From assembly GCA_050746645.1 (NCBI GenBank), contig JBOGMI010000361.1, positions 1 through 36,242 of the forward strand: a DNA stretch of 36,242 nt. Direction: 5' to 3'. Positions within the stretch are counted from its first letter, which is position 1; every line of letters begins with the position of its first letter. The notes beneath the pieces were generated by a model, which saw nothing but the letters and a program-made list of their open reading frames with translations, did not search any database and was not told the origin of the DNA. Of this stretch, positions 27,971 through 35,635 are shown piece by piece. The stretch is from Bryobacteraceae bacterium. Its GTDB lineage: Bacteria; Acidobacteriota; Terriglobia; Bryobacterales; Bryobacteraceae. Both the position numbers and the translations under genes were made by a program.

Positions 27971-29647
27971 TTGAGCCACCGACTTCTCAGCGTCAGCCCG
28001 GTCGATATCGCCATCATCGTCCTCTACTTCTTCACGGTGATTGGCATCGGGATTTACCTCAAGCGATATACCAAGACGGGCGAGGATTTCTTTCTGGCCG
28101 GCCGCCAGATGACCGCCTGGATCGCCGGGCTGAGTTTCGTTGCCGCCAACCTCGGCTCGCTCGAATTGATGGGTTGGGCAGCCTCCACCTACCAATACGG
28201 AATCCTGGCCGCCCATTGGTACTGGATCGGCGCCATTCCGGCGATGCTGTTCCTCGGCGTCGTCATGATGCCGTTCTATTACATTTCGAAGACGCACTCC
28301 GTCCCCGGCTATCTGAAGCTGCGCTATGGCGAGGAGGCGCGGGTGTTTTCGGCCATCACCTTCGGCGTCATGACCGTGCTCATGAGCGGCGTAAACATGT
28401 ACGCCATGGCGCTGGTCCTGCATGTGATTCTGGGCTGGAATATCCACATCAGCATCTGGATCTCTTCGGCTACCGTATGCGCTTACGTTTTTCTTGGCGG
28501 GCTGACCTCGGCGATCTTTAACGAAGTCATTCAATTCTTCTTGATTTGGCTCGGCGCGTTGGTCGTCGCCATCCTTGGGTTGACTGAAGTAGGGGGCTGG
28601 GGTGGCCTGGTCGCGCGCATCCACCAGAACTTCCCCGGCAAAGACTACACCCATATGTGGACCGATCTCGGCTCCTTCTCCTCCAACCCCATGGGCATCC
28701 AATGGACCGGCATTGTGTTCGGGCTGGGCTTTATCATTTCCTTCGGCTACTGGACCACGGACTTTCTTGTGGTCCAGCGCGTGCTTTCGGCGAGGAATTT
28801 GCACAGCGCCAAAATGGCGCCCATCATCGGCTCCGGCTTTAAAATGGCGCTGCCGTTCATCGTCATTCTTCCCGGTCTGCTGGGGCTGGCCGTGCTGCCT
28901 TACCACCTGCTTCCGGCCAACGTCGCACATGGCGGCCCGAGCTATAACGACGTGCTGCCGCTCATGATGGGCCGGTACTTGGGGCCGGGCCTGTTGGGGC
29001 TGGGGATTACCGCGCTGATCGCCGGATTCATGTCCGGCATGGCGGGAAATGTGAGCGCCTTTACCACCGTCTGGACCTACGACATCTATCGCGCCCTCAT
29101 CGTCAAGCGTGCCTCCGACCAGCACTATTTGAAGGTTGGCCGCTGGTGCACGATCGTCGGCGTGCTGGTCAGCATCGGCACCGCCTATTTCGCCATGCAG
29201 TTCCAAAGCATCATGGATTATGTGCAGGCGCTCTTCAGCTTCTTTGTTGCGCCTCTCTTCGGTACCGTGATCCTCGGCATGTTCTGGAAACGCGCCACCG
29301 CCAAGGCTGGATTTTGGGGATTGCTCGTGGGGACGCTGTCCTCCATCGGCATGTGGACTTGGGTGAAGTTCGACCCCCCGGCGCTTCGCTATATTGCCCT
29401 TTCGCCCCATGCGAAGACTATGGCGCAAGATATGTATCAGGCGCTGTGGTCTTGGATCATCTGCGTGGTCGTAACCGTCGTGGTCAGTCTGGCTACTAAA
29501 CCCAAGCTGGAATCCGAATTGGTGGGTCTGGTCTATGGCGCGACTGAAATCCCGTCGGAGAGCCATCTGCCCTGGCACAAACGCCCGATCTTTTGGGCGG
29601 CCGTCGTGTTCGCGGTTCTGGTCTTCCTGAATGTAGTTTTTGCTTAG
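27971..29647 (+). CDS. sodium:solute symporter family (SSS/SGLT-like) transporter
   Basis: 558 aa, about 13-14 TM helices. The N-terminus VDIAIIVLYFFTVIGIGIYLKRYTKTGEDFFLAGRQMTAW is typical of SSS transporters. Sugar specificity is inferred only from the adjacent araB/araD genes. Confidence 0.9.
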   Translation: MSHRLLSVSPVDIAIIVLYFFTVIGIGIYLKRYTKTGEDFFLAGRQMTAWIAGLSFVAANLGSLELMGWAASTYQYGILAAHWYWIGAIPAMLFLGVVMMPFYYISKTHSVPGYLKLRYGEEARVFSAITFGVMTVLMSGVNMYAMALVLHVILGWNIHISIWISSATVCAYVFLGGLTSAIFNEVIQFFLIWLGALVVAILGLTEVGGWGGLVARIHQNFPGKDYTHMWTDLGSFSSNPMGIQWTGIVFGLGFIISFGYWTTDFLVVQRVLSARNLHSAKMAPIIGSGFKMALPFIVILPGLLGLAVLPYHLLPANVAHGGPSYNDVLPLMMGRYLGPGLLGLGITALIAGFMSGMAGNVSAFTTVWTYDIYRALIVKRASDQHYLKVGRWCTIVGVLVSIGTAYFAMQFQSIMDYVQALFSFFVAPLFGTVILGMFWKRATAKAGFWGLLVGTLSSIGMWTWVKFDPPALRYIALSPHAKTMAQDMYQALWSWIICVVVTVVVSLATKPKLESELVGLVYGATEIPSESHLPWHKRPIFWAAVVFAVLVFLNVVFA

Positions 29648-29654
29648 AGGAAAC

Positions 29655-29885
29655 ATGCCGGAGGAAAAACACAATTACGGACGCATTGCAATCTGGTTTT
29701 TTGTCGGCCTGTTGCTCACCGTCTATGGAATCATCATTGTGGCCACGGGCCTCTATCATCTCGGCTCACCGCCTTCTCATCCGGCAGTGCTCGCAAACCT
29801 TCACCCTGAGATCTGGTGGGGTGCTGTGCTGCTCGCGATCGGTCTTTTCTATGTGATTCGATTCTTTCCGAGGAAACGGCTGTGA
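29655..29885 (+). CDS. small two-TM membrane protein, possible accessory subunit of the symporter
   Basis: ATG 29655 is preceded by AGAGGA (29646-29651), 8 nt after the symporter stop. 76 aa with two clear hydrophobic helices (IAIWFFVGLLLTVYGIIIVATGLY and IWWGAVLLAIGLFYVIRFF). Confidence 0.65.
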   Translation: MPEEKHNYGRIAIWFFVGLLLTVYGIIIVATGLYHLGSPPSHPAVLANLHPEIWWGAVLLAIGLFYVIRFFPRKRL

Positions 29886-29904
29886 CTGGTAAGACTGACG
29901 TGGC

Positions 29905-29945
29905 GCACGCACTCGTGCGTGCCGCGTCGAGACTCGTCTCGACGC
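29905..29945. repeat. REP-like double palindrome: GCACGCAC-tc-GTGCGTGC followed by GCGTCGAGAC-tc-GTCTCGACGC
   Basis: Perfect 8-bp (29905-29922) and 10-bp (29924-29945) inverted repeats, read directly. The minus strand translates to VETSLDAARTSACAT. Confidence 0.85.
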
Positions 29946-29962
29946 CTGGCGCCCCTCAGCAT

Positions 29963-29990
29963 GACAGACCACAAACCACGATGGTCTGTC
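29963..29990. repeat. perfect 9-bp inverted repeat GACAGACCA-N10-TGGTCTGTC
   Basis: Read directly. It lies 23 nt upstream of the araB ATG. A further 8-nt palindrome, CGCATGCG, is at 30002-30009. Confidence 0.8.
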
Positions 29991-30012
29991 CCACCGTCCC
30001 ACGCATGCGGGC

Positions 30013-31599
30013 ATGGACATGATAGTCGCCGGCGTCGCTTTCGGGACCCTGAGCGTCCGGGTCTCGCTTTTCGATCAAGGGCAGGGAAGGCTGGGTTCCG
30101 GCATTGCCGAATACCCGCTGCACCGCAAGCGCACCGACCCCGATTACGCGACCCAAAGCCACGCCGACCATATGGATGCGCTCGTGGCCGCGACCGGTAA
30201 AGCGCTGGCGAGCGCCGGTATCGACGGCGCCGCGATTCAGGCCATGGCGCTCGACACCACCGGCTCCAGCGTCATTCCGGTAGGCGAGAATCTGGAGCCG
30301 CTCGACGAATACTATCTTTGGTGCGATCACCGCGCCTGGCGCGAAGCCGGCGAAATCACCGCCAAAGCGCACGAATACGGCCTGCGGGCGATCGACTGGT
30401 GCGGCGGCGTCTATTCCTCCGAATGGGGATTTTCCAAGCTCCTGCATTGGCTGCGCAAGAATCCCGGCAAACGAGACCGGCTCGGCTCCGCCTTCGAGCA
30501 TTGCGATTACGTTGCTGCGACTTTGTGCGGCATCCGCGAAGTCGCCCAGGCTCCGCGCAGTATCTGCGCCATGGGTCACAAATGGATGTGGAACGAATCG
30601 CTCGGCGGCCTGCCGCCGGAAGATTTTCTGGTTTCGGTCGATCCGCTGCTCAAAGGTATCCGCGCGAAACTAGGCGGACGCTATCTCACCTCGGATTCGC
30701 TCGCCGGAGCGCTCAGCGCGGAGTGGGCGGCCAAACTTGGACTGCGCCCCGGTGTCCTCATTCCGGTCGGCGCCTTCGATGCCCATTGGGATGCGATCGC
30801 AGCGGGCGTGAAGCTGGGCGATGTCGTCAATGTCGTAGGCACTTCGGCGTGTGTCATCGGCCTGAGCGGCGCCGCGACTTTAATCCCCGGCGTCTGCGGC
30901 GTCGTGCCCGGCTCGGTGGATCCAAAGCTGACCGGTATCGAGGCCGGACTCTCCGCGGTCGGCGATATCTTCGATGCCATCGCCCGGCGCGCGAACTCCA
31001 CCGTGACGGAACTTTCGAACCAACTGGCTTCCTATCACGCGGGCCAAACCGGCTTGCTGCGTCTCAGTTGGGATAACGGAGACCGGACGGTGCTCGTGAA
31101 CCCCGAGCTGGGCGGCGTCACGCTCGGCTGGCATCTCACGACTACCGCTGCCGACGAACTGTTCGCGGCGATCGAAGGTACCGCGTTTCACACCCGTATC
31201 ATTCTGGAGCGCATGGAGGAAAACGGCGTCGCGGTCGAGCGTATCATCAATGGCGGAGGCATTCCCCGCCGCAACTACATGCTCAACCAGGTCTATGCCA
31301 ACGTGATGAACAAGCCGATTCTGGTGCCGCAAGGCGACGTGACCAGCCTCGGTTCGGCGATTTTCGCGTTTCTGGCGGCGAAGGCGTTTTCTTCCGTCGA
31401 ACAAGCGCAGGCGGCGTTGTGTCCGCCCTTTCGCGTATTCCAGCCCGATCCGGAAAGCGCCGCGGTCTATAACGAGCTGTACCCGCTTTACCGCCGGCTC
31501 TATTTCTCGCTGGGGCGGAAGAATTCGGAACCCGCGGAGCTGGGCGCTGTTTTGCCCGAGTTGCGTCGTGTGGCGGCGCACGCGAGGCATGCCGAATGA
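30013..31599 (+). CDS. araB: ribulokinase (FGGY carbohydrate kinase family)
   Basis: 528 aa. FGGY N-terminus IVAGVAFGTLSVRVSLFD. C-terminal GGGIPRRNYMLNQVYANVMNKPILVP. 4-nt overlap with the downstream araD. Confidence 0.85.
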   Translation: MDMIVAGVAFGTLSVRVSLFDQGQGRLGSGIAEYPLHRKRTDPDYATQSHADHMDALVAATGKALASAGIDGAAIQAMALDTTGSSVIPVGENLEPLDEYYLWCDHRAWREAGEITAKAHEYGLRAIDWCGGVYSSEWGFSKLLHWLRKNPGKRDRLGSAFEHCDYVAATLCGIREVAQAPRSICAMGHKWMWNESLGGLPPEDFLVSVDPLLKGIRAKLGGRYLTSDSLAGALSAEWAAKLGLRPGVLIPVGAFDAHWDAIAAGVKLGDVVNVVGTSACVIGLSGAATLIPGVCGVVPGSVDPKLTGIEAGLSAVGDIFDAIARRANSTVTELSNQLASYHAGQTGLLRLSWDNGDRTVLVNPELGGVTLGWHLTTTAADELFAAIEGTAFHTRIILERMEENGVAVERIINGGGIPRRNYMLNQVYANVMNKPILVPQGDVTSLGSAIFAFLAAKAFSSVEQAQAALCPPFRVFQPDPESAAVYNELYPLYRRLYFSLGRKNSEPAELGAVLPELRRVAAHARHAE

Positions 31600-32291
31600 G
31601 CCTCGATGCGCTGCGCGAGCGAGTCCTGAACGCCAATCTGGAGATTGTGCGCAGCGGGCTCGTGATCTCTACGTTTGGCAACGCCAGCGCTATCGACCGT
31701 GCCGCCGGCCGCGTCGTGATTAAGCCGAGCGGCGTCCCCTACGATCGCCTCCTCGCTGCGGATCTCGTCGTGACCGATCTCGCAGGCCGCATCGTCGAAG
31801 GCAAACTCCGCCCTTCTTCCGATTCGCCGACGCATTTGGCGCTGTACCGCGCTTTCGACGGCATCGGCGGAGTGGTACACACGCATTCGCGCTATGCCAC
31901 CGCTTGGGCGCAGGCAGGCACCGGCATTCCTTGTTTCGGCACCACGCACGCCGACTATTTTCACGGCGCCATCCCGGTGACCGAACCGATGCCGTCCGGC
32001 GAGATCCAATCCGAATACGAATGGAACACCGGACAGGCGATTATCCGGCGCTTTGCCTCGCTTGATCCGCTTTCCATGCCCGCCGTTTTGGTTGCCGGGC
32101 ACGGGCCGTTTTGCTGGGGCGCGTCGGCGGACGATGCCGCGCACAACGCGATTATGCTGGAAGAACTCGCGCATTTGGCTTATCTTACGGTGACCATCCG
32201 CGCCGATGCGAACGCCATCGCCGATGCGCTGCGCGACAAGCATTTTCTCCGCAAACACGGCCCAAACGCGTATTACGGCCAGAGTTCGTGA
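31596..32291 (+). CDS. araD: L-ribulose-5-phosphate 4-epimerase (class II aldolase/adducin family)
   Basis: NASAIDRAAGRVVIKPSGVPYD, PSSDSPTHLALYRAF, GVVHTHSRYATAWAQ and GTTHADYFHG match AraD. Confidence 0.9.
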   Translation: MSLDALRERVLNANLEIVRSGLVISTFGNASAIDRAAGRVVIKPSGVPYDRLLAADLVVTDLAGRIVEGKLRPSSDSPTHLALYRAFDGIGGVVHTHSRYATAWAQAGTGIPCFGTTHADYFHGAIPVTEPMPSGEIQSEYEWNTGQAIIRRFASLDPLSMPAVLVAGHGPFCWGASADDAAHNAIMLEELAHLAYLTVTIRADANAIADALRDKHFLRKHGPNAYYGQSS

Positions 32292-32296
32292 AACCC

Positions 32297-32353
32297 GCTC
32301 CTAACGGTCGCGGTTCTGTGCGCGCCCGGTTCAGAACCCCGAGCGATAGCGAG
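32297..32353. repeat. composite intergenic repeat: family 2 copy 2 (32297-32319), hairpin GGTTCTG/CAGAACC (32312-32338), and the 11-mer GCGATAGCGAG (32343-32353)
   Basis: Family 2 matches 3794-3816. The 11-mer recurs exactly at 34376-34386. The 7-bp stem with a 13-nt loop lies between convergent genes and may act as a bidirectional terminator. Confidence 0.6.
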
Positions 32354-32364
32354 GGCCGTGAGTG

Positions 32365-33144
32365 CTACCGCTGCCGCCTGTCGCGCCGCCACTGTCGCGC
32401 ATCTTTGACCGTAAAACCCGCCGGAACCGTGAACAGGTTCGAATCGGGTTCCTGGCGCGAGATATTGGTCAGCGTGTAAGTCGACTTCCCAGAGCGCGGA
32501 TCGTTGCGTGTCGAGCGGACCACAATCTGAAGCGCCGGCGAATACCACGTCTGGGTGACCGACGAGATGGGCTCCGAATTGCCGATCGCGCCCGCCGGAA
32601 TGGTGCGCGTCACCTCTTTACCCTGAAGTTCGAGACCGCTTGCATCGGTTTGGGTGCCTAAATCCGCTACCGCCCGGTTGGGGTTATTTCCGCGCGGCCG
32701 CCGCATGGGCCGGTTGGATCTGTTCCTCGCCCGATGCTCGCGGAACTGGCGCCGAACCGCGGTGTTTTTCGCCGGGTTCAGCATATAGCTGTAGCCGGCC
32801 ACCGGATCGGTGATAAAGATGACGGTTTTGGGCCCGTTGCCGGAGTTGAGAAACCCGCCCTCGATCGTTTGCTTTACGTAGGTGCGGCCCGAACTGTCAC
32901 GCGCTACTTCGCCCGTGGTGCTGCGAGAGATCGTTGTGCCGTTTGCGAGAGTTCGTGTATGCTGCTCCGAAACCGTTGCCGAGTAGGGTTCCCCGGTTAC
33001 GAGCTTCCATCGGTGAAACGCGAAGCTCCGCCCGTGATAGCGCGCCTGAAAGTGCCCCACGCTTGGCGGCGACCCGCCTGCTTGCCCATATACCCCCGCG
33101 GCCAGGGCAGTCGCTAACGATATTGCCAATGCGATTTTCTTCAT
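32365..33144 (-). CDS. exported protein of unknown function (third gene of the ECF sigma operon)
   Basis: ATG 33144 gives the signal peptide MKKIALAISLATALAAGVYGQ. The ORF-track start at 33231 adds a non-signal extension. The protein is beta-rich, with a central Arg/Asn-rich linker (RRQFREHRARNRSNRPMRRPRGNNPNR) and an Arg-rich C-terminal tail. Confidence 0.75.
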   Translation of the reverse strand: MKKIALAISLATALAAGVYGQAGGSPPSVGHFQARYHGRSFAFHRWKLVTGEPYSATVSEQHTRTLANGTTISRSTTGEVARDSSGRTYVKQTIEGGFLNSGNGPKTVIFITDPVAGYSYMLNPAKNTAVRRQFREHRARNRSNRPMRRPRGNNPNRAVADLGTQTDASGLELQGKEVTRTIPAGAIGNSEPISSVTQTWYSPALQIVVRSTRNDPRSGKSTYTLTNISRQEPDSNLFTVPAGFTVKDARQWRRDRRQR

Positions 33145-33181
33145 TTCTGTTCTTCTCGTTTCCGTGCAACTCCCAAAACCG

Positions 33182-33799
33182 TTACGGTGTGCGCAATACG
33201 TGAATTCCCAGTGGCTGGCCGTCCAGACCAATCAGTATGTCGGCGAACACGGAGCCGCTGCCGGCGGCGGAAACCGGCTCGACAGAAACGCCCGCATCCG
33301 CCAGCGACGCGATCGGGACCTGCATTTCGACGATGTGAGACGCGCTGATCGGCAGGTCGGGATTCGAATAGGGGAGGAGGAGAAAACTCTCTCCGTCGAG
33401 ATCGATGGAACCGTTCGCCGCTTGCACGAACTCAGGCGCAGGCGAGGCCGTGTGGCGCTCGATGGTCCAAGGAATCCAGATCGCGGCCAGAACCAATCCC
33501 GCCGCAATGGCCACGCCCCAGAGCACGGCGCGCAGCGGCCGCCCACCGGCAGCCGGCGCTTGCTCCTGCGGTTCGAGTGCAGCGGCCAGCGATTCGCGGC
33601 TGCCTTTAGGGGTTCCTGCTTCCACCGATGCAACCACGGCGCCCAAGCGGACCGAAAGCGTTCGCAGCGCTCCGTATTCCCGCTGGCAGGCTTCGCATTC
33701 GGAAAGGTGCTGCTGAGCGGCAGCCCTTTCCTCCACCGGCAACTCGTCGTCCAGCGCGCGTACCAGCAATTCGTGTGTCAAATGCTCGTCCGGCTTCAT
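33182..33799 (-). CDS. anti-sigma factor, zf-HC2 type, single-pass membrane
   Basis: zf-HC2 motif HLSECEACQREY. One TM helix (AVLWGVAIAAGLVLAAIWIPW). About 95 aa of extracytoplasmic domain. 4-nt overlap with the sigma gene. Confidence 0.85.
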   Translation of the reverse strand: MKPDEHLTHELLVRALDDELPVEERAAAQQHLSECEACQREYGALRTLSVRLGAVVASVEAGTPKGSRESLAAALEPQEQAPAAGGRPLRAVLWGVAIAAGLVLAAIWIPWTIERHTASPAPEFVQAANGSIDLDGESFLLLPYSNPDLPISASHIVEMQVPIASLADAGVSVEPVSAAGSGSVFADILIGLDGQPLGIHVLRTP

Positions 33800-34356
33800 A
33801 ACCGCTCCTTCAATCTCGCGAGGCCGCGCTGGATATTCTCGCCGACGGTTGAGGCGGAAACGTTCAGCACTTCGGCGATCTCGCGATACTTAAAACCCTG
33901 TGCGCGCAAAACCAGGCACTCGCGCTGCGCCGCGCTCAATTCCTCCAGCGCCCGCCGCAGCCCTGCCACGCGTTCGCGCGCCAGCAAGTCTTCTTCGGCC
34001 GAGGCGCCGCTCCAGGACAGCGCGCCTCTCTCCCTGTCTTCCGGGATCGCCTCCAGGTTTCTCGCGCGAAACGCGGTTTGCAGATTGCGCGCCACATTGT
34101 GCCCTACCCGGTACAGCCACGCGCGCAAATTGGTGCGGTCTCCTCCCGCCAGCAGGTGCTGGTGAAGCTTCAAAAAACTCTCCTGCACCACTTCCTGCGC
34201 GGCATCGGCGTCCAGCCCGAGGTGATGTAAATAGCGGCGCAGGGGCGCCTGCTCCCGGTCGTAATGCTCCAGCACCAGCCGGCGCGGCGAGACGTCTTCC
34301 AAATAGCCGGTTCTCCAAGCCGCGGCGGGAAGCACGAGAGAATCTGTCCGCTGCAT
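33796..34356 (-). CDS. ECF (sigma-70 family, group 4) RNA polymerase sigma factor
   Basis: Region 2 AQEVVQESFLKLHQHL and LRAWLYRVGHNVARN. Region 4 LSAAQRECLVLRAQGFKYREIAEVLNVSASTVGENIQRGLARLK. Confidence 0.9.
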   Translation of the reverse strand: MQRTDSLVLPAAAWRTGYLEDVSPRRLVLEHYDREQAPLRRYLHHLGLDADAAQEVVQESFLKLHQHLLAGGDRTNLRAWLYRVGHNVARNLQTAFRARNLEAIPEDRERGALSWSGASAEEDLLARERVAGLRRALEELSAAQRECLVLRAQGFKYREIAEVLNVSASTVGENIQRGLARLKERL

Positions 34357-34501
34357 AGCGTCACTCTACTCCACGGCGATAGCGAGAGCCACAAGAGAGC
34401 CCTGGGGAGTTGCACTGGGGTTGAGGTGACTCTCCTGTGGCCCGCCGTCGTGCTTGTAAAACAAATCAAGGCGGCGATTTTCCGGTTTGGGGAGAAAAAA
34501 T

Positions 34502-35143
34502 TTAGTGTATCGGCCTGGGCGTGCCGGCTTTCGCGGTTTCGGCCCGCTGCTCGCTCTCGAAGTCTTTCAGGACCCGGCGGGCAACTTTGGAGGCTACCTC
34601 TTCGCTGGCGCCCTGAAATTTGCCGTCTCCGCTCTCTTGGGTGGTGGACCAGATGACATCGCCATCGCCATTGCACAGCCGCAGCGCCGCAAAGGCCGCG
34701 TGCTTGATCTCTTTCGAGTGATGGGCCTCGCGAGCGCTTCCGCTTTGGTTCGCGGAAAGACTCGCTCCCGAGTACCGGCTCCCGCCATGGGAGAAGCGGA
34801 TGCCCCCGCGGCCGCCGGCATCGTCGGTCATGTCGTGGGTCTCGACGTAGGTGTGGTCGGCGGCAGATCCCTTCAGAATGGCGTCGGCGCGGCTTTTATT
34901 GTCGGTTAAAGCGAAGAGCCGGGTCGCGTTCAGGCTGGAGATGATGAGGTCGCGCAGCGCCTCGGCGCCCGGCCCGCCGCCGAGCGGCGCCACGTAAATA
35001 CGCTTGACCTGTAGCAGGTTCTCTGGCAGTGCTTGCCTGCTGGGTGGGGCAGACGATCGGTTTGTGTTGTCTGCCGGTTTTTTTGCCTGTACGCACCCCG
35101 CCAGGCATGCCATGAATGCCGCGGCCGCTAGCAGCGCTCTCAT
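34502..35143 (-). CDS. lipoprotein of unknown function
   Basis: Lipobox in MRALLAAAAFMACLAGC. The mature part has a small alpha/beta-like module (RIYVAPLGG...LIISSLNATRLFALTDNKSRADAILKG...AALRLCNGDGDVIWS) interrupted by a Gly/Ser-rich segment. The start overlaps the upstream stop (ATGA). Confidence 0.75.
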   Translation of the reverse strand: MRALLAAAAFMACLAGCVQAKKPADNTNRSSAPPSRQALPENLLQVKRIYVAPLGGGPGAEALRDLIISSLNATRLFALTDNKSRADAILKGSAADHTYVETHDMTDDAGGRGGIRFSHGGSRYSGASLSANQSGSAREAHHSKEIKHAAFAALRLCNGDGDVIWSTTQESGDGKFQGASEEVASKVARRVLKDFESEQRAETAKAGTPRPIH

Positions 35144-35598
35144 CCTTTGCCCGCTATCCTGGCGTTCTCGTCCTGATATTCGACGCGTTCTCCGGTGCGC
35201 GCTTCGAGCGCGGCCAGAGCCGTGCGAACGTCGTCCTTATTCACTCGGAAGACCATCGCCTGCTGGTTGCCGTGATTATCCTTGAAGCCGATCGTCAGAA
35301 AATGCTTGCGCTTCTTGGCAGTCAGCAGCAGCGGCGAAATCAGCACCGCCGCAACATAGCGGCGCGAGACTTTTTGGCCGTACTCGATCAGGTCGATCCG
35401 TTCGTACGGTATCTTCACCTCTATTTTCTTGGAGAGGTAGACAAAATAGACCGAGTCCGAGAGCCGGATCACGCCATGGGTGTTGGTGGGGATATCGGCG
35501 CGTGTGCCGCCGATATATTGCGCGCGGCTGCCGGCATGAGCGCCGAACGCAAGAACCGCGGCAGAGAAAAATACAAGAACCGGAACCGCTGCTCGCAT
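35140..35598 (-). CDS. exported protein of unknown function (152 aa)
   Basis: ATG 35598 gives the signal peptide MRAAVPVLVFFSAAVLAFGAHA. The ORF-track start at 35760 overlaps the upstream gene. No motif recognised. Confidence 0.7.
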   Translation of the reverse strand: MRAAVPVLVFFSAAVLAFGAHAGSRAQYIGGTRADIPTNTHGVIRLSDSVYFVYLSKKIEVKIPYERIDLIEYGQKVSRRYVAAVLISPLLLTAKKRKHFLTIGFKDNHGNQQAMVFRVNKDDVRTALAALEARTGERVEYQDENARIAGKG

Positions 35599-35635
35599 GC
35601 TTTGCAAACAACGTGGCCGATCGAGGAGAAATCTC

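Noticed and set aside
27965-29674. 569-aa ORF on the minus strand covering the entire symporter gene
   Set aside because: Its codon boundaries coincide with those of the plus-strand gene (same position modulo 3). Stops can therefore arise only opposite sense TTA/CTA/TCA codons, which are rare at this GC content. The translation is His/Asp/Gly/Arg/Gln-rich with no motifs, whereas the plus strand encodes a textbook SSS transporter.
32436-32445. GGTTCGAATC, a tRNA T-loop-like string
   Set aside because: The flanking bases cannot form a T-stem or an acceptor stem, and the site is inside a well-supported CDS.
33164-34165. 333-aa plus-strand ORF opposite the anti-sigma and sigma genes
   Set aside because: It is Arg/Ala/Ser-rich with no motifs. 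It shares codon phase with the anti-sigma gene over most of its length, and the minus strand carries clear sigma-70 region 2/4 and zf-HC2 motifs.
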